Of a stretch of DNA of 64,000 nucleotides, positions 1 to 10,202 are shown one piece after another. The DNA lies in assembly GCA_963737635.1 (NCBI GenBank), contig CAVTTL010000001.1, positions 96,001-160,000 on the forward strand, in the 5' to 3' direction. The DNA is from an uncultured Methanoregulaceae archaeon. Lineage in GTDB: Archaea; Halobacteriota; Methanomicrobia; Methanomicrobiales; Methanospirillaceae. A program made the position numbers and the translations under genes. Numbering within the stretch: position 1 is the first letter of the stretch; each line of letters opens with the position of its first letter. Below the pieces are notes generated by a model that did not search any database, was not told the DNA's origin, and was given only the letters and a program-made list of their open reading frames with translations.

Positions 1-243
1 CTGCACGATATTTAACTGGTTGGATACGATAACCGGTGGCTGTTGACCCGGTTCCCCACTAAGTGAAAAGGTCCCTTTCAACCAGACATAATAGACCGTA
101 TTCGGTATTCCCGCGATTGTGACCGTGAATGTCTGGCTCCGGGTAACGGAACCTTCGCTTTGGGCACCGGCTGGCGGCAGGATAACGGCAATGAGAAGGA
201 GGATCAACAAAATCACTCCCGCATATGCACATTTTCTTAACAT
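1..243 (-). CDS. Secreted/S-layer-like protein, N-terminal part (runs off window edge)
   Basis: Manual translation MLRKCAYAGVILLILLLIAVILPPAGAQSEGSVTRSQTFTVTIAGIPNTVYYVWLKGTFSLSGEPGQQPP..; signal peptide; open frame to position 1; absent from ORF track. Confidence 0.65.
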   Translation of the reverse strand, partial: MLRKCAYAGVILLILLLIAVILPPAGAQSEGSVTRSQTFTVTIAGIPNTVYYVWLKGTFSLSGEPGQQPPVIVSNQLNIVQ

Positions 244-426
244 ACAAACCTCTCGGAGTGAGCGGTGCTCAAGGGAGAATAAAGCCAGTTTTGGATAAAA
301 GCATATGCCTCGTTACATAAAAAGACAAGGAGAGTTGCAGGAACTTTGTCTTATCCGAGGAAGATACAGGGGCAGAAATGGTTCCGAGAACTATTTTTAC
401 TGCATTAGAGATTGTTTAAGAGAAAA

Positions 427-1806
427 TTAGCTTCTCCGCTCGATTCTAACCAACGGTGAGCGCCGGGCGAAAAACCCGGCAATAAAGGCTGCAAACTCCT
501 CCTGCCAGCAGTCCGTACCTTCGAGCACGCACCAGTCTTTCCCCAGCGACTCCCTGACGTGCCGGCCAACACCGACATTTAAGAGGGCCGGGGAGCTGAG
601 AAGGTCAGCGGCCCGGGTAAACTCCCGGGGCACTTCTGTAACATACCGCCCATTCTCGATGAACGGCCCGGGGAGGGAAGAGGCATGGTACTTCTCCCGG
701 AACTTGTCCGCGTTTGCCCGGTTCCAGACCGGTGGCCCCTCGTGACGTCGAACCGGCGGAAGCTCATCGATAAGTAACTCGAAGAGCAGCATGCACCGCT
801 CATTTCCCATATGGTAATGGGCGTGATGAACGACAAAACCGTTCCGGACGAGCAGATCGCAGATCGCGCCGGTGCTCCTTTTCAGCTGGGGTACGACAAT
901 CTCCTCAATGAAGGGCGGGGTGTTAAACATAACGGCATATAGGGCAGTGACACGGGATTCCAGAAGTGCAGAAAGATCTTCCTGACTGCCGGGACATTCT
1001 CTTGAGAGCGCAAAGAACACTTCCGACGGCGCCTCCTGGTAGCCTCGAGCCAGTTCGACAAACTCGGCCATCCGGTCCAGCGAGACTGCCGCCGCTACAT
1101 TTCTTCGGGGATCGACCGGATCGATCACGATCAGGGGCTCGCAGAACTCTTTTGCCGCATGCTGCTCGATATCGATCACGGCAGGCGGACGCCATTCTGC
1201 CGCCGCGGCAAGGAGCGGGCCAAATCCACCGTAAAAGAGGATAAGAAGCTCACAAAGATAACCTGAGAACCCCTCGGTCATCTGATCGGAGCCATAGATT
1301 CCCCCGGCCTTTGCGAACTGCTTGAGGAGAAGAACGTCGTCAGTAAGTCCGTTGATCTTCTCTGTTATATACCGGGTATGGAACGGGGTCCTGTCGACCG
1401 CACTCTGAATACAAGAGGCACTTGGGACATTGTAGCACGGCACGAGGTCCACATCAATCGAATCGATCGTGGCATTAATGTAAGGGTGTTCAGCGTACTT
1501 CTCACGGAATGTTTTGGTGAACTTCCGCGCTATGCTGCGGGCAAGAGCGAGTCCCACTCCTTCGAGAGTCTCACGGGGCAAATACGGGGGGAAAAGCAGG
1601 AATACGTCAAGGTCCCGGTCTCCTCTGACCCATGTGTTCCGCGCAATGGAGCCGACCACCATCCCCTCTGCCTTCCCACTCTCGGCAATCGCGGCAAGCA
1701 GACGGCCTGCAACACCAGCAACAAACTCGCGCTCCTCTGCAGACGGCCTGAGCTGCTCTGCTAGAATACGCTCTTCAAGCGGCAGGTGCCCGGTCCCACT
1801 CACCAT
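427..1806 (-). CDS. cca: Archaeal class I CCA-adding tRNA nucleotidyltransferase
   Basis: GSIARNTWVRGDRDLDVF nucleotidyltransferase motif, YAEHPY, SAVDRTPFHT, GFSGYLCELL. Confidence 0.95.
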   Translation of the reverse strand: MVSGTGHLPLEERILAEQLRPSAEEREFVAGVAGRLLAAIAESGKAEGMVVGSIARNTWVRGDRDLDVFLLFPPYLPRETLEGVGLALARSIARKFTKTFREKYAEHPYINATIDSIDVDLVPCYNVPSASCIQSAVDRTPFHTRYITEKINGLTDDVLLLKQFAKAGGIYGSDQMTEGFSGYLCELLILFYGGFGPLLAAAAEWRPPAVIDIEQHAAKEFCEPLIVIDPVDPRRNVAAAVSLDRMAEFVELARGYQEAPSEVFFALSRECPGSQEDLSALLESRVTALYAVMFNTPPFIEEIVVPQLKRSTGAICDLLVRNGFVVHHAHYHMGNERCMLLFELLIDELPPVRRHEGPPVWNRANADKFREKYHASSLPGPFIENGRYVTEVPREFTRAADLLSSPALLNVGVGRHVRESLGKDWCVLEGTDCWQEEFAAFIAGFFARRSPLVRIERRS

Positions 1807-2351
1807 ACCACCTCACAAAGATCCTCGTACACCGGGCCGCGGCGTGTGAGTGTGCTCTTCTTAAGTTTCAGGCCGGTAATCATGCAGCTGCCAAATGTCG
1901 CATTTTTCAGTTCGTCAAGGCATCGGGAGAGCGAAGGATCCGCCTCCTTCATACGGGCAAGTGTGGCATGAGGGGTAAAACCCCGCTTTTCGTAGGGAAC
2001 ACCGAGCGGTGCCAGAGCTGTTTCCACTGCAGAAAAAACCTCCCCCCCTCTTCCGGCGTCATCTATCGCGCACCAGACGGTGTGGGGTCGTGTCGGATTA
2101 TTGACTGTGATCCTGCCGCTCTTGATGGGAAAAGATTCTGTCCGCAGAGATCGAAGCGCCGCAGCCACATCTGGGATCTTCTTTTCGTCCACCTCACCGA
2201 GGAACTTCACCGTGATATGGATAAGTGCAGGATCGACGAACGTGAGCCGGGCTGTGCTTTTCTTCAGTACGGTCTGCGCCACCGCCAGTTGCTGTCTCAT
2301 TTCCGGTGACACTTCGAATGCCACAAACGCCCTGACCATCACGGTACTCAT
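1800..2351 (-). CDS. thpR: RNA 2',3'-cyclic phosphodiesterase (2H family, 2'-5' RNA ligase)
   Basis: Two HxT motifs (HITVKFLG, PHATLAR); RAFVAF N-terminus; STLTRRGPVY C-terminus. Confidence 0.93.
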   Translation of the reverse strand: MSTVMVRAFVAFEVSPEMRQQLAVAQTVLKKSTARLTFVDPALIHITVKFLGEVDEKKIPDVAAALRSLRTESFPIKSGRITVNNPTRPHTVWCAIDDAGRGGEVFSAVETALAPLGVPYEKRGFTPHATLARMKEADPSLSRCLDELKNATFGSCMITGLKLKKSTLTRRGPVYEDLCEVVW

Positions 2352-2480
2352 TATTCATCCATCTACAAATGGTGATCGCTGGAGGGGTGCAAGCATAGAA
2401 GTGTCATGCAAAGGTGTTAAACCACGATTCTTTTATTTCCAAAATGCGTAGTGCTAGATAGATAACTAAGGGTGTTTTTT

Positions 2481-2750
2481 ATGCCGAAAACCGTGCCGTT
2501 GATCGTCTATTCCTTGGAAACCTGCCCGCACTGTGTAATACTTAAGAATTCTTTAAAGAAGGGCGGATACGCATTTTCCGAGCGCGACCTGTCAACTGCT
2601 GAGGCCCTCACTGAGCTTAGGGTAAACGGCGTCTTTGTTAACGAAGCGCCTGTTCTCCAGCGGGGCGACGATTTCTACACGACCGATGACCTTTTCTCTG
2701 GCGGGATGTTGGACGAAAAGAAACTCAGCGCGATACTCTCGGGGGCATAA
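2481..2750 (+). CDS. nrdH: NrdH-like glutaredoxin/redoxin
   Basis: CPHC motif, EAPVL cis-Pro motif, stop overlaps nrdD start. Confidence 0.8.
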   Translation: MPKTVPLIVYSLETCPHCVILKNSLKKGGYAFSERDLSTAEALTELRVNGVFVNEAPVLQRGDDFYTTDDLFSGGMLDEKKLSAILSGA

Positions 2751-4933
2751 TGGCGCGACGGGAGACCCTGCAGCAGACTCTTGACGGCAGCTTTTCCCCG
2801 GCCCTCCCTTTTGTCCGGACAACCGATGGCCACATCATTGAGTGGGACCGGAACCGGATTGCCGAACAGATTATAAAAGAGACGAAGCTCGTCGAGACGT
2901 TCTATGGGTACAAGGGCGCGGACCATGCGACTGCCCAGGAAATCGCCCGGCTGGTCGAGCAGCGCATCTTTGCTCTGGGCTTAAAATCGCTCTCGGGCCC
3001 GCTCATCCGGGAGATTATGAACATCACTCTCCTCGAGAAAGGCATGGTACAGGTACAGGAACGTCTGCACCCGGGTCGGTACACCGGTCTACGACGCGCA
3101 CCAGATCGATGTAGGTAAGGGATTCGAATCTCACGAGAACGCAAACCTCCAGGAAAATGCCGAAACCTCGCATAAAAAGAAGGCTGACAAGATCTCAAAG
3201 GAGCAATACCTCCTCCAGCTTCCTCCGGATCTAGCCGACCATCATCTCTGTGGCGAGATGCATATCCACGATCTTGAATATTTCGGGACACGCCCGTTCT
3301 GTCAGGACTGGGATCTTCGGTACTTTTTCTACTACGGTCTCATGCCGGACGGTAACGGGACGAAGGCCTCTGTCGCTGGCCCGGCAAAAAGGGCGGAGGT
3401 TGCAATCCTCCATGCCGTAAAAGCGCTTGGCAGCGCCCAGACAAACTTTGCCGGTGGGCAGGGTTATTACAATTTCCTGACTTTCCTCGCACCGTATATG
3501 GAGGGCATGGGGTATGAAGAGATCCGGCAGAACATGCAGATGTTTGTCTATGAGATGACACAGATGATGGTCGCACGGGGGGGCCAGCTCGTATTTTCTT
3601 CGGTACAGCTCTCCCCGGGTGTCCCGGCGCTCTGGCAGGATAAACCCTGCATCTATAAAGGGAAAGTCTGGGACGGGAAGCAAGCGCCACGCCGCACCTA
3701 CGGCGAATTCGAGCGGGAAGTCCGCATGCTCTTTAAAGCACTCATGGAGGTGATGATTGAAGGAGATTACTGGGGCAAGCCGTTCAATTTCCCAAAACCC
3801 GAGATCAGCATCGAGCCGGACTTCATGAACGAACGCGAAGCGTTCAACCGTGCCTACCCGGACCTCCCGACCTACCGGGATCTGTATCTTATGACCTTCG
3901 AACTTGCGTCCAAGTTCGGAACGCCATACTACGACAACCAGCTCCCGGCATACCGGGGAGCGGGAAAAGGCATCTCATGTTACCAGTGCTGTGCCTACCA
4001 GTTTTCCGCTGTAGCCGACAAAGACTCAGATTTTGACAAAAAACTGTTCTTCGAGGATGGCCGGCACTTTTCGATGGGTTCATGGCAGGTGGTCTCGGTG
4101 AACTGCCCACGTGCCGCATACAAGGCAGAAGGAAACGATGATCGGCTCTTCGCCGAACTTCGGTCCCTTATGGATGTGGCTATCGAGCTCTTCCGGATCA
4201 AGCGCCGGTGGATGGACATAATCCGGGCAAACGGCCGGATGCCGTTTGCAATGCAGCGCCCAAAAGACCCCAATACCGGGGATTGTGGGGCTATCGCAGT
4301 CGATCTCGAAGGTCTTGTGTACACGATCGGTGTTGTCGGCGTAAACGAGATGGTCCAGCACCACATCGGTAAACAGACCCATGAGTCAAAGGCTGCATTC
4401 AAGCTGGCCGTCCGCGCAATGACCGAGATGGAGCTCTACGCCCGCACCCTCTCTGAGAAAAACCATATGACGATTGCCCTTGCCCGGACCCGGCAGAGAC
4501 GACCGGGCAGCGGTTTGCTGTTGCAGATCTTATCGACCGGCGCTACCACGATGCTGCTGCAAAAGTGATTAAGGGCGACCTCGAGTACGCACTCGAAAAC
4601 CTCGGAAAGACCCGGGATCTCCCCATCTACTACACGAACGGGACACATGTTGCGCCGGGCGCCGATGTCCCGCTCACGAAACGTATGGAAATCGAGAATG
4701 TCTTTTTCCCAATCGTTGACGGGGGGAATATCTTCCATATATGGCTCGGCGAGGCCCGACCGGATCCCCGCGGTCTCATGGACATGGCGATGAACCTCTG
4801 CCGGAACACGCAGATCGGCTACTTCGCATTCACCCGGGATCTCACCGTTTCGCTCAGGCAGTTCCGCGAAGACCGGCATGGCAGGAAAACAATCGAAGCG
4901 GGGACACCTTCAGACATCCCGGTTAAAGCATAA
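2750..4933 (+). CDS. nrdD: Class III anaerobic ribonucleotide reductase large subunit; two apparent frameshifts (~3053, ~4490); no C-terminal glycyl-radical domain
   Basis: N-terminal ATP cone, HIHDLEYF, PFNFPKP, YQCCAY finger loop, ARTPAE after frameshift repair, YYTNGTH, GGNIFHIWLGE; spans ORFs 2750-3118, 3258-4568, 4565-4933. Confidence 0.9.
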
Positions 4934-5007
4934 TCCTAGTATTTGCTTCTGGAAAAACCTGCGATAAAAAATTGCAGAAGAGAATATTCATTAACCATGA
5001 CGGCTTT

Positions 5008-5811
5008 TCACGGAACCGTTGCAGGTGTACGGGATCGGACAGCGCAATCGGTAGGTATCGCTGACGGAATCCTAGTAAGGCAGATACCGATACAGTCCGC
5101 GGCCTCGCCCGTCAGTGCATAACGGGAATACCGCCCATCTTTTCTCACCCGGAGAATCCCATCGCAGATCAACCGTTTCACATGCCAGGTAATTGTCGGT
5201 CCTGAAACTGCAAGCGCCTGTTCGAGATCCGTTCGGGTACTCTCTGGTGCAGCGACAATCAGGCTGATGATCTTCTTTTCCATATCGTGACCGAGGTGAT
5301 GGAGGACTTTCTGTTCAATCTCGTCGTACCGGCCATTGTTCTCAAAATAACTGGTCCTCCCTTTTACCTTATGTGCAACGATCTTTCTCTGGGCGCAAAG
5401 AAGTGCGAGGTGATAGGTCAGTGCACCCCGGGAAAGTGAAAGCTGTTGCTGCAGGGCCGGGAAACTGATCCCCGGGAACCCGATAATGACCTGGTAGATT
5501 CCACACCGTGCACCTTGCTCAAGTATATTGCTTCTTAAAATCCGCCGGAATCCCAGAAATGCGTATATTTTACATGCAAAAAAAACTTCAAGCGGGATGA
5601 CACAGATGGGGCATAGGAAAAGTGCCACGACAATTGCCATCTCCTGCAACGAGAGATCCCAGAAACTGATCGGCACGAGATCGGAAGCAGATGTCCCGGT
5701 CGACCCATATGCCGGTGTGACGCTGTATTCTCCAGACAACGCTGCAGCAGGAACACCTAAAGAGAGCACCAGTATAAGAAAAACACTGGCAACAATGAAT
5801 GCCTGCTTCAT
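5008..5811 (-). CDS. Membrane-anchored winged-helix transcriptional regulator (two HTH units)
   Basis: Signal-like N-terminus, TM segment, then PGISFPALQQQLSLSRGALTYHL and TRTDLEQALAVSGPTITWHVKRL wHTH motifs. Confidence 0.75.
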   Translation of the reverse strand: MKQAFIVASVFLILVLSLGVPAAALSGEYSVTPAYGSTGTSASDLVPISFWDLSLQEMAIVVALFLCPICVIPLEVFFACKIYAFLGFRRILRSNILEQGARCGIYQVIIGFPGISFPALQQQLSLSRGALTYHLALLCAQRKIVAHKVKGRTSYFENNGRYDEIEQKVLHHLGHDMEKKIISLIVAAPESTRTDLEQALAVSGPTITWHVKRLICDGILRVRKDGRYSRYALTGEAADCIGICLTRIPSAIPTDCAVRSRTPATVP

Positions 5812-5833
5812 TATGCCCGGAATTTTCTTTTAT

Positions 5834-6337
5834 TCAATTATCAGGCTTGTGGTCGAACAAACTTGCGTTACTCCATGGATACTGTCCGGCACTCCCGATC
5901 TCGATCGTCCGGTTACTATGAGCAATAAATTTCCAGCGACCGGGGGTCAGATTGTCATGCCCGTCGATCCTCAGGTAAATCCTGCCGTCAAGTTTCCCAT
6001 CGGAAATATCGGTATAAGGACCAAATACCCGGTCTGGCGTTATGATCGATAGGGAGAGTGAATCGGCCGGATCCCCGCTGTTAAGATCCACCAGAATATA
6101 TGGCGTATCCGGTGACACGTTTATCGCAAAGATTGAGGTATGTCCTCCAAATGGCAGGGATGTCCCAAAAAAATCCGGATCGCCGATGCGGATTCCCGTA
6201 TCTGCCGGCGCGGAGGGCCGATCAAAAGGTACTAAAATTAGCGTAGCAACGATACCGGCCATGAGTATTATCCCCAATAAATAAAGGATCATGGATCTCC
6301 GGGTACGTTTCATGAAATGAACTTTTCCTGATCTCAT
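5834..6337 (-). CDS. Membrane-anchored extracellular beta-rich protein
   Basis: N-terminal TM helix; LSLSIITPD and LTPGRWKF segments resemble PPC-like beta sandwich; co-oriented with the wHTH gene. Confidence 0.6.
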   Translation of the reverse strand: MRSGKVHFMKRTRRSMILYLLGIILMAGIVATLILVPFDRPSAPADTGIRIGDPDFFGTSLPFGGHTSIFAINVSPDTPYILVDLNSGDPADSLSLSIITPDRVFGPYTDISDGKLDGRIYLRIDGHDNLTPGRWKFIAHSNRTIEIGSAGQYPWSNASLFDHKPDN

Positions 6338-6493
6338 ATTAGTGTTTCTTTTTATTTGTCAGGCCGACACAAAGATTTTTCAAAATACAACATGTAGAGG
6401 AATTGCCCATAAATCGTTTAAATAGCCGAATCGATGCTCCGGGCAACTAGAGTGTGTCAGCCGCAGACTGCACACTATTGTTGGTGAACAAAC

Positions 6494-7036
6494 ATGACAG
6501 GAGACAGGAACAGTAAAATGAGACAAAAACCATGGGGAGCAGTCGTGGTCGGCATCGGAATTATCTGTGTCGTCATTGTAGTGCTCTTCCTTTCCGGCAT
6601 AGGTTCAGAAATTCTGAAAAACGGCAGCGGGACTCCCGATGTGTCATCGGTGACATCCCCAGCGATGCAAAATCAGCAACCGGTCACTCAGGCAGTGCCA
6701 AATTCGCAGTCAACGGCCGTAAATCCATCTGCTACGATAATTCCACCACCGACACCAGTACCGGTGCCGGGAACCGGTGTCTATGTCTGGGTCGGGTACT
6801 TTGGGGAATATACAGGGAGTTATACGGCAAATGGCGTTACCCAGGAAATTAAAAGTTCGGGATTCCATATTTATTCCATCGATCAACCATCCGGGACCAT
6901 AACGGCCTCGTTTGAAAAATCAGACAATACAATTAAGCACAATCTGACTGTTGAGATCTGGAAAAACGGCGTGGACCTTGCCTCAAACGTGACATACGCC
7001 CCCTTCGGGACGGTGAGCGTCAGTGCAAACGTGTGA
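6494..7036 (+). CDS. Membrane-anchored exported hypothetical protein
   Basis: N-terminal TM, Pro/Thr/Ser linker, beta-rich C-terminal domain. Confidence 0.65.
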   Translation: MTGDRNSKMRQKPWGAVVVGIGIICVVIVVLFLSGIGSEILKNGSGTPDVSSVTSPAMQNQQPVTQAVPNSQSTAVNPSATIIPPPTPVPVPGTGVYVWVGYFGEYTGSYTANGVTQEIKSSGFHIYSIDQPSGTITASFEKSDNTIKHNLTVEIWKNGVDLASNVTYAPFGTVSVSANV

Positions 7037-7301
7037 CAGGTTTATCTCTTAATTATGCTCATGACAATTCCAAGTGATCGCCTAAGGACTGGGTCGTATA
7101 TCTATTTCTGACGTTATGCCGACAGGAAATCTTTAAAGCATCATATAAAACACAAAAGACTATACAGATCGTGGAGGCACTTTCGTAGCACCGATTGATT
7201 TTACCGATCTTCGGAGTGAAAATAACAGAAGAGAGATCCTCTCTGTCCCGGTGCTTTCATCATCTGGCAGAACAAGAATAATCCATCAATTAAGTACCTC
7301 T

Positions 7302-8288
7302 ATGGATGCAGAAATTACTCTCCTGACAGACCAGGCAAAGGAATATGCCCGAACGCTGGATACTCTCCGCAACGAGATGAAAACGGTGATCGTCGGCCAA
7401 AGCGATGTGATCGATCGCCTCCTGATCGCGCTCTGTGCCAATGGCCACGTGCTCCTCGAAGGGGTACCCGGAATCGCAAAGACACTGACGATAAAAACCC
7501 TCTCGCAGTGCATTGACTGCAGTTTTGTACGGATCCAGTTCACCCCGGATCTTCTCCCTGCCGACATCATGGGGACAAAGATCTACAACCAGAAAGATTC
7601 GACATTTTCCACCATCAAAGGACCGGTCTTTGCCCATTTCGTGCTTGCCGATGAGATCAACCGGGCCCCGCCCAAAGTCCAGTCGGCGCTGCTCGAGGCG
7701 ATGCAGGAGCGGCAGGTGACCATCCAAGGTGAAACCCATATCCTTGCCCGGCCGTTCTTTGTGCTGGCAACCGAAAATCCGATCGAGTCTGAAGGTACCT
7801 ACCCGCTTCCGGAGGCTCAGGTCGACCGTTTTATGTTCAAAGTGCTCATGACCTATCCAAGTAAGGACGAAGAGATCATGGTGCTCGACCGGTTCACCCA
7901 GGGAACCGAAATCATCCCACGAAAAGTGGTCACCACCGAGAAGATCAATGAGATTCAGGAATTCACGCAGAAGATATATGCGGATGCTGCGATCAAACGC
8001 TATGCCTGCGAACTGGTGGATGCAACCCGGCATCCGGACATCTGCGGCATCGAAGAAGCCAGGTACGTAGCGCTCGGTGCTTCACCCCGCGCATCTATCT
8101 TTCTGATCCTTGGCGGCAAGGCATATGCCCTGCTTAACGGCCGCGGCTATGTGATCCCCGAAGACATTAAGGCTGTGGCCCATGAGGTCCTTCGTCACCG
8201 GATTCTCCGGACGTACGAAGGAGAAGCCGATGGGATCACGACCGATGCAATCATCGACCGTATTCTCGATGTTGTGAAAATTCCGTGA
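7302..8288 (+). CDS. moxR: MoxR-family AAA+ ATPase
   Basis: HVLLEGVPGIAKT Walker A, RIQFTPDLLPAD, LADEINRAPPKVQSALLEAMQE, GTYPLPEAQVDRF. Confidence 0.95.
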   Translation: MDAEITLLTDQAKEYARTLDTLRNEMKTVIVGQSDVIDRLLIALCANGHVLLEGVPGIAKTLTIKTLSQCIDCSFVRIQFTPDLLPADIMGTKIYNQKDSTFSTIKGPVFAHFVLADEINRAPPKVQSALLEAMQERQVTIQGETHILARPFFVLATENPIESEGTYPLPEAQVDRFMFKVLMTYPSKDEEIMVLDRFTQGTEIIPRKVVTTEKINEIQEFTQKIYADAAIKRYACELVDATRHPDICGIEEARYVALGASPRASIFLILGGKAYALLNGRGYVIPEDIKAVAHEVLRHRILRTYEGEADGITTDAIIDRILDVVKIP

Positions 8289-8372
8289 TTGCCATGGCGC
8301 ATGCAAAGCGAGGCAGACCTTTCACGATAGAAGTCCGGCCAGTAAGAGACTCCAAAAATGCCGGTGATACTC

Positions 8373-9269
8373 ATGGATAATCGCGCAGAATTGATCCGCC
8401 AGATCAAAAAGATCGATCTCGCAACCGGTTTCCTGGTGGAAGGGCTCCAGGCAGGACTTCACCATTCCGTCTTTAAAGGACAGGGAATCGAATTTACTGA
8501 GATCCGGGAATATGTTCCCGGGGATGATATCCGGTCGATCGACTGGAAGGTAACAGCACGGTACAACCACCCGTTCATCAAGGAATTTACCGAGGAACGG
8601 GACCAGACCTTCTATTTTGTCATCGATATCTCCGGTTCTTCCGGCTTTGGTTCGACCGTAACCAAACAGATAAAGATTCTCGAAGTGACGGCGAGTCTTG
8701 CATTTGCTGCAATCAGGAATAATGACCGGGTCGGTCTTATGCTCTTCTCCGATCAGGTGGAAAAATTTATCCCGGCAAAACGGGGCAGGAAACACTTGGC
8801 CGGGCTTTTCAACGAGATGATCGATCACAAGGCGGCCTCGAAAAAGACCGATCTCGCTGTCGCGGCAAGGTATCTCGCAAATATCCTTTCCCGCCGGACC
8901 TCAGTCATCATTCTCTCTGATTTTGCTTCTCCTTCATTCTTTTTGCCGCTGCGAATCCTGCAGCGCCGGCATGAGGTTATAGCGATCAGGGTCGTCGACC
9001 CGCGCGAACAGGACCTGCCTGATGTAGGCCTTATCGAACTCGAAGACCCTGAGACCGGAGAACAGGTGCTTGTTGATACATCGGACCCGGTTTTCCGGCA
9101 GCGGTACCGTGAACTGGTGGCTGAATCCGACAAGAGACTACATGCAGATTTTGCACGGAACCGGATTGAGGAAGTTACGCTTTCAACTGATGAGCCTTAC
9201 GATGTTCCCTTAAAAGAGTTTTTCAGGGGTGTTTCAAAAAGGAGGCGGGATCATGCCAGGATTGTATGA
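8373..9269 (+). CDS. DUF58 (VWA-like) protein of MoxR operon
   Basis: GIEFTEIREYVPGDDIRSIDWKVTAR, DISGS MIDAS-like motif, ILSDF. Confidence 0.92.
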   Translation: MDNRAELIRQIKKIDLATGFLVEGLQAGLHHSVFKGQGIEFTEIREYVPGDDIRSIDWKVTARYNHPFIKEFTEERDQTFYFVIDISGSSGFGSTVTKQIKILEVTASLAFAAIRNNDRVGLMLFSDQVEKFIPAKRGRKHLAGLFNEMIDHKAASKKTDLAVAARYLANILSRRTSVIILSDFASPSFFLPLRILQRRHEVIAIRVVDPREQDLPDVGLIELEDPETGEQVLVDTSDPVFRQRYRELVAESDKRLHADFARNRIEEVTLSTDEPYDVPLKEFFRGVSKRRRDHARIV

Positions 9270-10202
9270 GCCGATCTGGCTCCTTGTGCTGCTGGTGATC
9301 CCGGTCCTCGCCGGGCTCTATTACTACATTATCCGGAAAAAGAAGAAGGAAGCGATCGCATTTTCCCGGGTTGCGTTTGCGAAGTCAGCCCTTGGGGATG
9401 CACAGAGATCAAAACGTTCGCACATCCTCTTTGTAGTGGCTCTTGCAACCATCGCTCTTCTGGTAATCGGCCTTGCCGATCCCCACATCCCGCTTGCACA
9501 GACAAAAGAAGGAACGAACGTGATCCTCGTGATCGATGATTCCGGGAGCATGCAGGCCACCGATTATCAGCCGTCCCGTATCGAAGCAGCAAAGAGCCAG
9601 CCGAACAGCTTGTTGGAAATCTCGGCCCGGAGGACGCGGCCGGTGTCATTCTCTTTGACACCGGCGCGACCACGGTCGCGTACCTGAGCCAAGACAAAAC
9701 GCGGGTTGAAGAAAAGATTGCCGGTATTGCTCCCAGTCCTGGCTCGACCGCAATCGGTGACGGCCTTGCTCTTGCCGTCGACATGGCCCAGTCGGCACCG
9801 GATAAGAAAAGCGTCATTATCCTGCTTTCGGACGGGGTTAACAATGCGGGCCTGATCACACCTGATGAGGCAACTGCGCTTGCAAAATCCGCCGGCATCC
9901 AGGTTGACACGATCGGCATTGGGACTACCACACAGACCGTCCTCGGCTACGACTGGGTGGGCAACCCGGAATATGCTGGTCTCAACGAATCTGCCCTTGA
10001 GTCCATCGCAGATCAGACCGGGGGCAAATACTACAAATCGGTCGATGCGCAGACCTTAAAAGAAATCTATACCAACCTGAAGCCGGGTACTGAACCTGTA
10101 GCTGAAGAGACCAGTATCAAGGACTGGTTCATTTTTGCTGCGCTCGTCCTGCTCTGCGCAGAATTCTGGCTCCGTTACGGCGGAGGGAGGATTATCCAGT
10201 GA
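9253..10202 (+). CDS. BatA-like VWA domain membrane protein (apparent frameshift ~9597)
   Basis: N-terminal BatA-type TM pair, DDSGSM MIDAS, TAIGDGL, ILLSDG, IADQTGGKYY, C-terminal TM. Confidence 0.88.

Noticed and set aside
427-2351. cca-thpR as a novel RNA repair system
   Set aside because: This adjacency is common in archaea
6355-6476. TGTC-N5-GACA and AGTGTG..CACACT inverted repeats as operators
   Set aside because: Short and imperfect; could arise by chance
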